DNA of 63,005 nucleotides, the filler included, from Candidatus Eiseniibacteriota bacterium (GTDB taxonomy: Bacteria; Orphanbacterota; Orphanbacteria; Orphanbacterales; Orphanbacteraceae): assembly GCA_043809585.1 (NCBI GenBank). It is 5 parts of 5 records of this genome, joined end to end, with 100 filler letters (N's around TTAATTAATTAA, not from the genome) between each part and the next. Parts side by side here need not be neighbours in the genome. Positions count along the whole stretch, not along the records: positions 35,892 to 55,162 come from JBDROZ010000021.1; 4 more parts are not named here. One strand, 5' to 3'. Both the position numbers and the translations under genes were made by a program. The notes beneath the pieces were generated by a model. The model was not told where the DNA came from and did not search any database. It saw only the letters and a program-made list of their open reading frames with translations. Shown here one piece after another: positions 37,538-45,593 of this stretch (the stretch's first letter is position 1; the number at the start of each line of letters is the position of its first letter).

Positions 37538-38678
37538 CCGCCGCCAGCCCGAGGCCCACCAAGGCCCAGAGCGTCATCGCCACTTCCGAATCACCCAGGT
37601 TCCATTCGAAGAGACCGTGGACGAGGAAGGCGAGGGTCGCCGCGATGGCCCCCTCGGCGAGGGCGCGGCCGTAGTCGTCCGCCGCCCGCGCCGCCGCGCG
37701 CCGGAGAGAGGCGAGGACGGCGACGAAGAGAGCGACGAGCGCCGCGAGCCCCGGGACCCCCATGGAGACGGCGGTCTGGAGATAGAGACTGTGAAAATGA
37801 GTGAGCCGGTCCCGGGCTTCCGGGTTCCGGTGAGATTCGAGAGTCTCCCGGAGATCGTGCAGGCCCCGCCCCGTCCACGGCCGTTCGCGGAAGGCGCCGA
37901 CGCCCGCTTCCCAAACCCACGCCCGCTCCCGGTTCGATTCGTACGCCGGGTCGATGGAGGAGAGAAGACGCTCCCTCGCCCCGGGGAGCGCGAACAGAAC
38001 CGCTCCGAAGAGGAGGATCGCCGGCAAGACGGCCTTCCGGTGCCGGCGGGCGAGAAGGAACGCGCCGCCGGCGGCGAGGGCGAACCACGCCCCCCGGGTG
38101 TAGGTGAGGACCACCCCGGCCGCGCCGAGCAGGAAGGCCGCCGCCGGAAGAACGCCGAGAGGGGCGCGCCGGAGGGTGAGGGCGAAGGCGGCGACCGTGA
38201 GGAGAAGGAAGACACCCGCCGTGGTCATGTAGAAGCCGATCGGTCCGTCGAGCCGGGTCGGGTGGTGGCCGCCCCCCCGCAGCTGTTCCGCGATCCCGAG
38301 GGTCGCGGCGGCGGCGAGGGCGAGGAGAAGGAGGAACGCGGCGCCCCGCCTCTCCCGTTCCGAGCCGAGGGCGCCGGCGGGCAGAACCAGCGCTCCGAGG
38401 AGGTAGAGTTTCCGCAGTTCCCGCGCCCCGTCCCCCATTCGTCCGGAGAGGAGGAGGGCGAGGAGGAGGGCGATGATCCAGAAGCCAACGCCGGCGAGGA
38501 GCGGCCGCCCGACCCCCCCGGGACCGTAGAGCGCCCGGATCCGCGCGCGGGCGGGGGGGAAGAGGATCACGCCGAGAAGGCCGACGCCGAGGGAGATCTG
38601 CTGGCCCGCGATGCCGAACGGGAGGAAGAGGAGGAGACCGGCGAGGCCGGCGAGCGCGGCGCCCCGGGCGGCGTTCAC
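37506..38678 (-). CDS. O-antigen ligase family protein
   Basis: Polytopic; TYTRGAW, R..VWEAG..AFRERPWTGRG, HFHSLYLQ...MGVPG, FLVHGLFE. Confidence 0.88.
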   Translation of the reverse strand: MNAARGAALAGLAGLLLFLPFGIAGQQISLGVGLLGVILFPPARARIRALYGPGGVGRPLLAGVGFWIIALLLALLLSGRMGDGARELRKLYLLGALVLPAGALGSERERRGAAFLLLLALAAAATLGIAEQLRGGGHHPTRLDGPIGFYMTTAGVFLLLTVAAFALTLRRAPLGVLPAAAFLLGAAGVVLTYTRGAWFALAAGGAFLLARRHRKAVLPAILLFGAVLFALPGARERLLSSIDPAYESNRERAWVWEAGVGAFRERPWTGRGLHDLRETLESHRNPEARDRLTHFHSLYLQTAVSMGVPGLAALVALFVAVLASLRRAAARAADDYGRALAEGAIAATLAFLVHGLFEWNLGDSEVAMTLWALVGLGLAAVSGDRDGPPK

Positions 38679-39769
38679 GGCGAACCTTCGCCCATCACCG
38701 AGAGATAGACCGCCTCCGCCTTCCGCACCGTCTCGGCCACGTCGAACCGGGCGAACGCCTTCTCCCGGTTCGCCTCGCCGATCCGCCTCCGGAGGTCGTC
38801 GTCTTCGAGCAGCCTCCGGAGGGCGGCGCCGAAGGTCTCCGTGTCCCCCGGAGGAAAGAGGAAGCCGTTCACTCCCTCCTCCACAGCCTCGGCGTTTCCC
38901 CCCGCGTCGGTGCAGACCACCGGCAGCCCGAGAGCCATCGCCTCGAGAATGGAGAGGGAGAACCCCTCGATCACCGAAGGGAGCACGAAGAGGTCGAGCA
39001 GCTTGTAGTAGGGGATGACGTCGAGGCGGAAGCCGCCGTACACGACCGTGTGGGGGAGGCGGAGCGATTCGCGGAGCCCCTCGAGTTCCCCGTCCCGGTC
39101 GATGCCGAGGAAGAGGATGGTGGTCTTCCGCTCCACGGTTTTCATCGCATGGAGGAGTTCGGCCTGGCCCTTCTTCCGGGCCATCATGCCCACCACCCGC
39201 TCCCCTTCCCGGAGCCCCACCGAATCCCGCGCGGCCCGGACCGCCTCCTCCGGCACGCTCCGGTAGCTTTCGAGGGGGATGCCGTTGTGGACCACCGAGA
39301 GGCGGTCCCGGGGGACGCCGCCGGCCGCCATGCCCTCGGCCACCCGTTCGCTTACGGCGATGATCCGGTCCGTGGCGGCTCCGTAGTAGCGCCCCTGGAG
39401 GGCGCCCCCCGTCGAGAGGGGGACGTTCCGGCGCGTGTGCACGAGCCGGAAACCTCCGCGGAAGAGGTACTTCGCCTGGATCGTCAGGTGCCGGTCGAGG
39501 GAGGCATGGGCGTTGACGAGATCGACGCGCCTCTCCCGCAGGGCGCGGGCGAGGGCGCGGCTCCTTCCGAAGGCGAGAGGGGAGCGGCCGAACTCGAAGG
39601 GGACGAGCTTCACGCGCGGGTTCCCTTCGAAGCGGGAGTAGATGAGCGACTCCGGCCGGCAGCAGAGCCAGACATCGTGCCCCCGCCCGGCGAGGCCTTC
39701 CGTCAGCCAGGTGATCGAGTTGGTCGATCCGCCGATGTCCCCCTGGTGGGTGATCTGCAGAATCCTCAT
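38675..39769 (-). CDS. Glycosyltransferase family 4
   Basis: MRILQI, IAVS, VVHNGI, KKGQ, FVLPSVIEGFSLSILEAMALGLPVV. Confidence 0.93.
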   Translation of the reverse strand: MRILQITHQGDIGGSTNSITWLTEGLAGRGHDVWLCCRPESLIYSRFEGNPRVKLVPFEFGRSPLAFGRSRALARALRERRVDLVNAHASLDRHLTIQAKYLFRGGFRLVHTRRNVPLSTGGALQGRYYGAATDRIIAVSERVAEGMAAGGVPRDRLSVVHNGIPLESYRSVPEEAVRAARDSVGLREGERVVGMMARKKGQAELLHAMKTVERKTTILFLGIDRDGELEGLRESLRLPHTVVYGGFRLDVIPYYKLLDLFVLPSVIEGFSLSILEAMALGLPVVCTDAGGNAEAVEEGVNGFLFPPGDTETFGAALRRLLEDDDLRRRIGEANREKAFARFDVAETVRKAEAVYLSVMGEGSP

Positions 39770-39786
39770 TCTTCGGCCGCCCGCCG

Positions 39787-40710
39787 TCACGGCCCCCTCC
39801 TTCCGCGGATCTCCGCGGCGCGGATCGCTTCGATGCATGTGGCCGTGTGAATCGCCACGGTGTCGGCGATCGCCCGGGCGTACCCGCCGGCGAGGGTGAC
39901 CGCCACGGGAACGCCCGCTCCCCCGAAGGTGTCGAAGACGAGGCGGTCCCGTTCGCGGAGGCCTTCGCGGGTGAGGGCGAGGCCCCCGAGCCGGTCGTCC
40001 TCGTAGGGATCGGCCCCCGCCACATAGACGACGAGGCCGGGGCGCACCCGGTCCCGGAGGCCGGGGAGGACCGCCGCGAGCCGGGCGAGGTACTCGTCGT
40101 CGCCGGTGCCGTCGGCGAGGCCGATGTCGAGATCGGACTTCTCCTTCACCGGGTAGTTGTTCTCCTGGTGGATCGAGAAGGTGAAGACGTCGTCGTCGTT
40201 CCGGAAGACGGCCGCCGTGCCGTTTCCTTGATGGAGATCGACGTCGACGACGAGCACCTTGCGGGCGAGACCGTCCCGGAGGGCGACGCGGGCCGCCACG
40301 GCCACGTCGTTCACGTAGCAGAATCCTTCGGCGTGATCGGGGAAGGCGTGGTGGAGGCCGCCGCCGATGTGGACCGCCGCGCCCCTCTCCGCGGCGAGCC
40401 GCGCGGCGAGGACGCTGCCGCCGGCGGCGAGGCGGAAGGCGCCGATCACGGAGGGGGTGATCGGGAGCTCGGATCGCACGGTTCGGGGGGTCACCCGCGC
40501 CCCGTCGAGATCGTCGAGATACTCCGCCGTGTGGACGAGGGCGAGGTCCTCCCGAGCGGGGGGAGCGGATTCGACGAAATCCTCGGGACCGCACGCGCCG
40601 AGCTCGAGCAGGGAGGTCCGCACGAGGCGGTACTTGGAGGTCGGGAAGACGTGATCCCCGATGTCCGCCTCGTAACGGTCGGAGTAGACGAAGGGGATGG
40701 AAGCGCTCAA
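39787..40710 (-). CDS. Histone deacetylase family (HDAC11-like) amidohydrolase
   Basis: HVFPTSKY, GGGLHHA, GFCYVND, DVDLHQGNGT, AGADPYEDD, LAGGY. Confidence 0.93.
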   Translation of the reverse strand: MSASIPFVYSDRYEADIGDHVFPTSKYRLVRTSLLELGACGPEDFVESAPPAREDLALVHTAEYLDDLDGARVTPRTVRSELPITPSVIGAFRLAAGGSVLAARLAAERGAAVHIGGGLHHAFPDHAEGFCYVNDVAVAARVALRDGLARKVLVVDVDLHQGNGTAAVFRNDDDVFTFSIHQENNYPVKEKSDLDIGLADGTGDDEYLARLAAVLPGLRDRVRPGLVVYVAGADPYEDDRLGGLALTREGLRERDRLVFDTFGGAGVPVAVTLAGGYARAIADTVAIHTATCIEAIRAAEIRGRRGP

Positions 40711-41132
40711 CGATCCCTCCCGGGGGGCGGGAGCACCTGGAACGTCTCTTCGTCGGCGGCGAGGGTGAGCCCATCGGCGAAGGTGGAGGTGATCCTCCAC
40801 CGGTAGATTCGAGTCGGATCGAACTCGAGGCCTCGGGGCGCCTGGAGGATCGTGTCCGTCGTCGTCGCGGTCCAGAGGAGGGAGCCGTCCCGGGCGGTGA
40901 GCTCGAGCCGGAATCTCTCCGCCCCCTCGAGTCGCCTCCAGACGAAGAACTCCATGGGTGCCCGGACCGCGCCGGACGGTTCGATCGAGACCCGCCTGGC
41001 GGCCGGCGCCCCCGGCGGGGTGAGTCGAAGTAGGGCGACCACCAGGCCGGCCGCGAGCAGCGCCGCCGCGAGGAGAAGGACGATCACGGCTTTCCCCTCC
41101 CGGCCCTCCATTCGATGATGTAAGCGACTCAT
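40707..41132 (-). CDS. Hypothetical membrane-anchored protein (start uncertain)
   Basis: TM helix followed by Fn3-like segment (FVW...YRWRI); stop overlaps HDAC start. Confidence 0.65.
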   Translation of the reverse strand: MSRLHHRMEGREGKAVIVLLLAAALLAAGLVVALLRLTPPGAPAARRVSIEPSGAVRAPMEFFVWRRLEGAERFRLELTARDGSLLWTATTTDTILQAPRGLEFDPTRIYRWRITSTFADGLTLAADEETFQVLPPPGRDR

Positions 41133-41344
41133 GACGGAAAGGAGCGTACGCCGGGGGGCGGGAGGCGTCAAGGGGGGGAGGGGGGGAGCGGGAATTCGTT
41201 TTGCAGTATTCCGTTATGCTCGCAAGCGGCTTTTTTCGCCATTCGGTTCCCCTGGAACGAATGGACCGTTTGTGATATAGTTTGCCCGTGAATTCTATCC
41301 CGGATCGGTTTGCCGCCAATCAAGACAAAACAAGGAGGTTTCCG

Positions 41345-44300
41345 ATGAGGCATTCGGTACGGTATGTCGCCGGATGGGTCGGCGTCTTTCTTCTCCTGGC
41401 CGCCCCCGGGTGGGCGGATTTTGTCGGTTTGAACGGCGACGGAATCGCCGGCTGCGACTCCGCCGACATGGCGTTCGACGCCACGGGGTTGGTGGGGTCG
41501 ACCCGGAACATCGACCTTTACTTCTCGGACATCGTCGGAAACATGGGTTCCTACGGTTGCGTTTTCTGTGTGAAGGACAAGAGCATGGTGTCGAACGAGT
41601 CCTTCGTCTATGTGGACAACGGGTGGACCGGGTCTCCCATGAAGCTCTCCGACGGCCCCGGATGGACGATCGCCGTCAGTGATTTCATCACCACCGCCTA
41701 TCCGGATTACCGGTGTTACCTCGTTCAGGCGACGGATTTCACCTTCCTGAATCCGGTCACCACTTTCCCCTTCGTCCTCGGGACGTTCAGTTATCAGGTG
41801 GCCGCGGAGGGTTGTCTCGGCTTCGTGATCGATGGGGCCAATTCGGCGTGGCTGAGTTCGGCTTTCCAAAGCTTCCTCTTCGATGCGCCCGGGGAGACCT
41901 GCGACACGTCGAACTGCGCCGCCGCGGGACCGCCTCCCCTCGTGATCGATTCTCTGTCCCCCGGCTGCCCGATCCCGGACGCGGTCATCGACTTCGACTA
42001 CACCGCGGACAACACGATTCAGTTCACCGCCGTCGGTGGAACTCCTCCCTACGCCTGGACCCAGGCCGGTCTGCCCGAGGGGATGAACGTCGACAACGAC
42101 GGGTTCATCGTCGGCACCCCGACCCAGGCGGGCGGATTCGGATTCACGGTGATCATCGACGACGCCGGCTCCGGCCACGACGAGCTTCCCTGCTCCCTCT
42201 TCGTCATCGAGTACGGCGTGCAGGTGGAGTTGAATACCCCTCCCAATCGGATCGTGGAGCCGGGTGATACCTTGTCCCACGAGTTCCGGGTCACCAACAT
42301 CGGCAACACGACGACCGATTTCGGATACGTCATCGGCTCCCTTCATGGTTCCACCTTCTGGCTCAACCATACCGGATCGACCCTGGCGCCTCTCGGCGCC
42401 CAATCGGTGACGGTCGTCGAGACGGTATCGGTCGCTCCCCCGTGCCCGCCCGTCGGGAGCGCCCTGGATAGCAAGACGATCTTCGGCGCCGCGGTGCTGG
42501 CGCTCATCCCCGATGTAAAGCGTATGGAGAACACGCCGACCGCCTTCGACACCGTCAACGTCGAGGTCCGTTTTCCCGGCGGCGTGGAGAACCTCGTCGA
42601 CAACTACGACAGGTGCGATCTGCCGGGCAACACGGTGTCTTTTGAGTACTCCTTCCATAACACCGGGATCTGCCTGGACACGTTCGATCTCTCCGCCTCC
42701 GACCTCGACCTCCCCTGGGTCTACCGGATCGTGGGGTCGAATCCGTTGATCCTCAATGGGGATCAGTGGGGATTCGTTCATCTCGAGGTCGACATCGGCG
42801 ACGGTCTCTGTCTGGAGCCACAACGGTTCCAGATGACCGCGACAGGTCGGAACTTCGGAGCGACGGTCTCCGACACGGTGACAGCCTGCCCCTTGTGGTA
42901 CTACTTCGGGACCATGACCCACCCGGGCGACGGCTTCGGCGAGCCGGGGGATCCGGTGGAGTACTGCTATACCATCGAGAACACGGGGAACTGCCCGGCC
43001 TTGTTCATCCTCAGGTTCACGTCCGGATGGGACACGGATCCGGACATGAGTCCTCCACAACAGTACAATGTCACCCTGCAGCCGGGGGGGACGGATGTCT
43101 TCTGCCTGGATCACCTGATTCCCGGCGATGCCCAGGCCAATGATATGGACGAGCTGTGTGCCGTCCTCAGCGTCTCCGCGGCGTCCGGGGCGAAAACGCG
43201 TGACGTGGTTCTCGATACCGCCTGCGTCACCACCACCGTCCAGGTCGCCTGCGAGGGGGGCGTAACCGTCGCCCCGCAGACGAACAGCCTCTGCAAGTTC
43301 CCGGGCGAGACCTTCGACGCGATGTTCGACGTAACCAATACCGGGACCTGCGCCGAGACCTTCGACCTCGCCGCCGGGGTCCTCTTCAACGATTGGAGTT
43401 CCTCGGTCGCTCCGACCGTGACCATCCCGGCCGGCGTCACGACACCGGTCGCGGTGAGCGTGACCGTCTCCCCCGACGAGGGGTGCGGTTCGGGCGCCTC
43501 CGTCTACCTCACGGCGACGGGTCAGAATTACGGCGCCGCAGATTCTAACGCGGTGTCCGAAACGGTCTGCACCGTCCTCGACGGAGAAGTGGCGGAGGAG
43601 GACGACGGGTCCGGTTTGCCGGGCGACTCGGTGGAGTACTGTTTCACCATCCAGAACACCGGAAACTGCACGGCCGAGTTCATTCTGGACATCGCCCAGG
43701 TCGGGATCTGGCAGGTGATCGGACCGGGCGAGATCTACGAACTCATGCCGGGCGAGACCGCCGATCCTTGCGTCAGACACGTGATCCCCGAAGACGCCCA
43801 GCCGGGGGATTCGTCCCCCATGTGCGTCAGGCTCCTCGTGAGCGACACCCCACCGAAGAGGGAACTTCTGCCCGTCGACAGCACATGCGTGACCACCTCG
43901 GTCACGGGCGGACCGTGTGAAGCGGGCGTCGCCGTGAACAGCCCCGGCGGGCCGTACATGGCCGATCCGGGTCTTGCCGTCGCCGTCCCCTTCTGGGTGA
44001 AGAACATCGGCGTCGATCCGGACCGGTACGCCATGGCGTCCTTCACGAACAATGGGTGGGCTTCGTCGATCATCGGCCCGGACACGACCGGCGTCGTCGC
44101 TCCCGGCGATTCGGTGCTGGCCCTCGTCGAGGTCACGGTAGCGCCCGACGCCCTCTGCGACGAACTCGGAGAGGTGCAGTTCGTGGCCCTGTCGCTCTGC
44201 GACGCCCAGACCTTCGCGGACGACATGAACGACGTCGGCGTGAACGCCGTGTTTTCCGGTGACGCGACGGCGTTCACCGAGGACACGACCGGCGTTTCCG

Positions 44301-45271
44301 GCCAGACCATCGAGTACATCTACCGGATCACCAACACGAGCAACTGCCCGGCCTACCCGTTGGTCGGGTACTCCGTTTCCCAGCCGTGGTCCGTCATGGT
44401 GGAGGATCCGGGCGATACGGCGATCGCCGCCGGCGCCCACGAGGACCTCACCGTCACGATCATGATCCCCGACTCCGCGGAAATCGACGACGAGCACCTC
44501 TTCGAGCTCTGCGTGGCGATGATGAGCGATCCGCCGCCCCCCCCCGCGAAAGCCGAGAACGACTTCGTCTTCGATTGCGACACGACCATCACCCGGGTCA
44601 TCGGCGACGGGGAGTGTGTGCCCTACCAGTCGGTCCTCGGCCTCGGCGCCTACGAGACTGTGAGCTACGTGCCCCCGATCTGGAAGGTCCGCGTGGACGT
44701 GAGGAACTTCGGACCGGGCGAGGCGCGCAATGTGCACCTCGTGATGGGTGAGGACATCGACTGGCTCAACCTGTCCGACGCATTCGTCGACTACGGATCG
44801 ATCGGACAAGGAGCATCGAGCTTCGGCATGGCCGGCGACTACTTCGAAATGGACCTGACCGGCTATCCGGGGGGGAGCTTCAACGTCTGGTTCAACGCGA
44901 CCTATACGGATTCGTGCCAGGTCCCGTACCAGCTCCGGCTCGATCCGACCTTCCTCGACCCGAACGAGAACGGAGCGCCGGCCGCGGTTCCGGGCGCCTT
45001 CGCCCTGCACCAGAACCGGCCGAACCCGTTCAACCCGACCACGGAGATCTCCTTCGATCTTCCGGAATCGGGGTTCGCGGAGCTGACGATCTTCAATGCC
45101 GCCGGTCAGATGGTAAAGAAGCTGCATACGGGGCAACTTTCTTCGGGGACCCACACATTTGTCTGGGACGGCCAAAACGAGCGCGTAATCGACGCACCTT
45201 CAGGGACTTACTTCTATTCCCTGGGGGCGAACGGCAAGGTGGAAACGAAGCGGATGGTGCTCATCCGGTAG
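41345..45271 (+). CDS. Large secreted Cys-rich protein with Ig-like repeats and T9SS/FlgD-Ig C-terminal domain
   Basis: Signal peptide; putative Ig (GGTPPYAW..GLPEGM...GTPT); seven PG..V.Y.F...NTG.C repeats; LHQNRPNPFNPTT...SGTYFY...KRMVLIR; RBS AGGAGG. Confidence 0.88.
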   Translation: MRHSVRYVAGWVGVFLLLAAPGWADFVGLNGDGIAGCDSADMAFDATGLVGSTRNIDLYFSDIVGNMGSYGCVFCVKDKSMVSNESFVYVDNGWTGSPMKLSDGPGWTIAVSDFITTAYPDYRCYLVQATDFTFLNPVTTFPFVLGTFSYQVAAEGCLGFVIDGANSAWLSSAFQSFLFDAPGETCDTSNCAAAGPPPLVIDSLSPGCPIPDAVIDFDYTADNTIQFTAVGGTPPYAWTQAGLPEGMNVDNDGFIVGTPTQAGGFGFTVIIDDAGSGHDELPCSLFVIEYGVQVELNTPPNRIVEPGDTLSHEFRVTNIGNTTTDFGYVIGSLHGSTFWLNHTGSTLAPLGAQSVTVVETVSVAPPCPPVGSALDSKTIFGAAVLALIPDVKRMENTPTAFDTVNVEVRFPGGVENLVDNYDRCDLPGNTVSFEYSFHNTGICLDTFDLSASDLDLPWVYRIVGSNPLILNGDQWGFVHLEVDIGDGLCLEPQRFQMTATGRNFGATVSDTVTACPLWYYFGTMTHPGDGFGEPGDPVEYCYTIENTGNCPALFILRFTSGWDTDPDMSPPQQYNVTLQPGGTDVFCLDHLIPGDAQANDMDELCAVLSVSAASGAKTRDVVLDTACVTTTVQVACEGGVTVAPQTNSLCKFPGETFDAMFDVTNTGTCAETFDLAAGVLFNDWSSSVAPTVTIPAGVTTPVAVSVTVSPDEGCGSGASVYLTATGQNYGAADSNAVSETVCTVLDGEVAEEDDGSGLPGDSVEYCFTIQNTGNCTAEFILDIAQVGIWQVIGPGEIYELMPGETADPCVRHVIPEDAQPGDSSPMCVRLLVSDTPPKRELLPVDSTCVTTSVTGGPCEAGVAVNSPGGPYMADPGLAVAVPFWVKNIGVDPDRYAMASFTNNGWASSIIGPDTTGVVAPGDSVLALVEVTVAPDALCDELGEVQFVALSLCDAQTFADDMNDVGVNAVFSGDATAFTEDTTGVSGQTIEYIYRITNTSNCPAYPLVGYSVSQPWSVMVEDPGDTAIAAGAHEDLTVTIMIPDSAEIDDEHLFELCVAMMSDPPPPPAKAENDFVFDCDTTITRVIGDGECVPYQSVLGLGAYETVSYVPPIWKVRVDVRNFGPGEARNVHLVMGEDIDWLNLSDAFVDYGSIGQGASSFGMAGDYFEMDLTGYPGGSFNVWFNATYTDSCQVPYQLRLDPTFLDPNENGAPAAVPGAFALHQNRPNPFNPTTEISFDLPESGFAELTIFNAAGQMVKKLHTGQLSSGTHTFVWDGQNERVIDAPSGTYFYSLGANGKVETKRMVLIR

Positions 45272-45290
45272 GTCCGGGGAACGAGGGGCC

Positions 45291-45320
45291 TTGACCGCCC
45301 CCGATCGGCTATGCTAGAAT
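45291..45320 (+). promoter_or_regulatory. Sigma70-type promoter of the small peptide gene
   Basis: TTGACC-18 nt-TAGAAT with TG extension. Confidence 0.6.
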
Positions 45321-45343
45321 TCACGGGACTGGAGGATTCACAT

Positions 45344-45472
45344 ATGGGCGAGAAAAAGCAGCCGTACGAGAAACCGGAAGTCGTCCGGCACGGGAATCTG
45401 AAGGAAATCACTCTGACCTCTTTCACGCCGCCCCCTCCCGGGCGCGAACGGTGGGCGAGCGACGACGTGTAG
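45344..45472 (+). CDS. 42-aa RiPP-precursor-like peptide with lasso-type leader, not in ORF track
   Basis: GGAGG RBS; MGEKKQPYEKPEVVRHGNLKEITLTSFTPPPPGRERWASDDV* matches YxxPx(L/V)xxxGxxxxxT. Confidence 0.8.
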   Translation: MGEKKQPYEKPEVVRHGNLKEITLTSFTPPPPGRERWASDDV

Positions 45473-45494
45473 CTCCGAATCTGTCGAATCATCG

Positions 45495-45530
45495 AGCGGG
45501 GGGGTCCCTACGGATTCCCCCGCTTCTCTG
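45495..45530 (+). terminator. Probable intrinsic terminator after the small peptide gene
   Basis: 13-bp stem AGCGGGGGGGTCC-CTAC-GGATTCCCCCGCT (two G-U pairs) followed by a pyrimidine tract. Confidence 0.55.
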
Positions 45531-45593
45531 TCTCTCCACGGCCGCCGGCCCCGGATCGGAAGGCGGCGGAATCTCCCCCGCAGGTCGGTGTCC

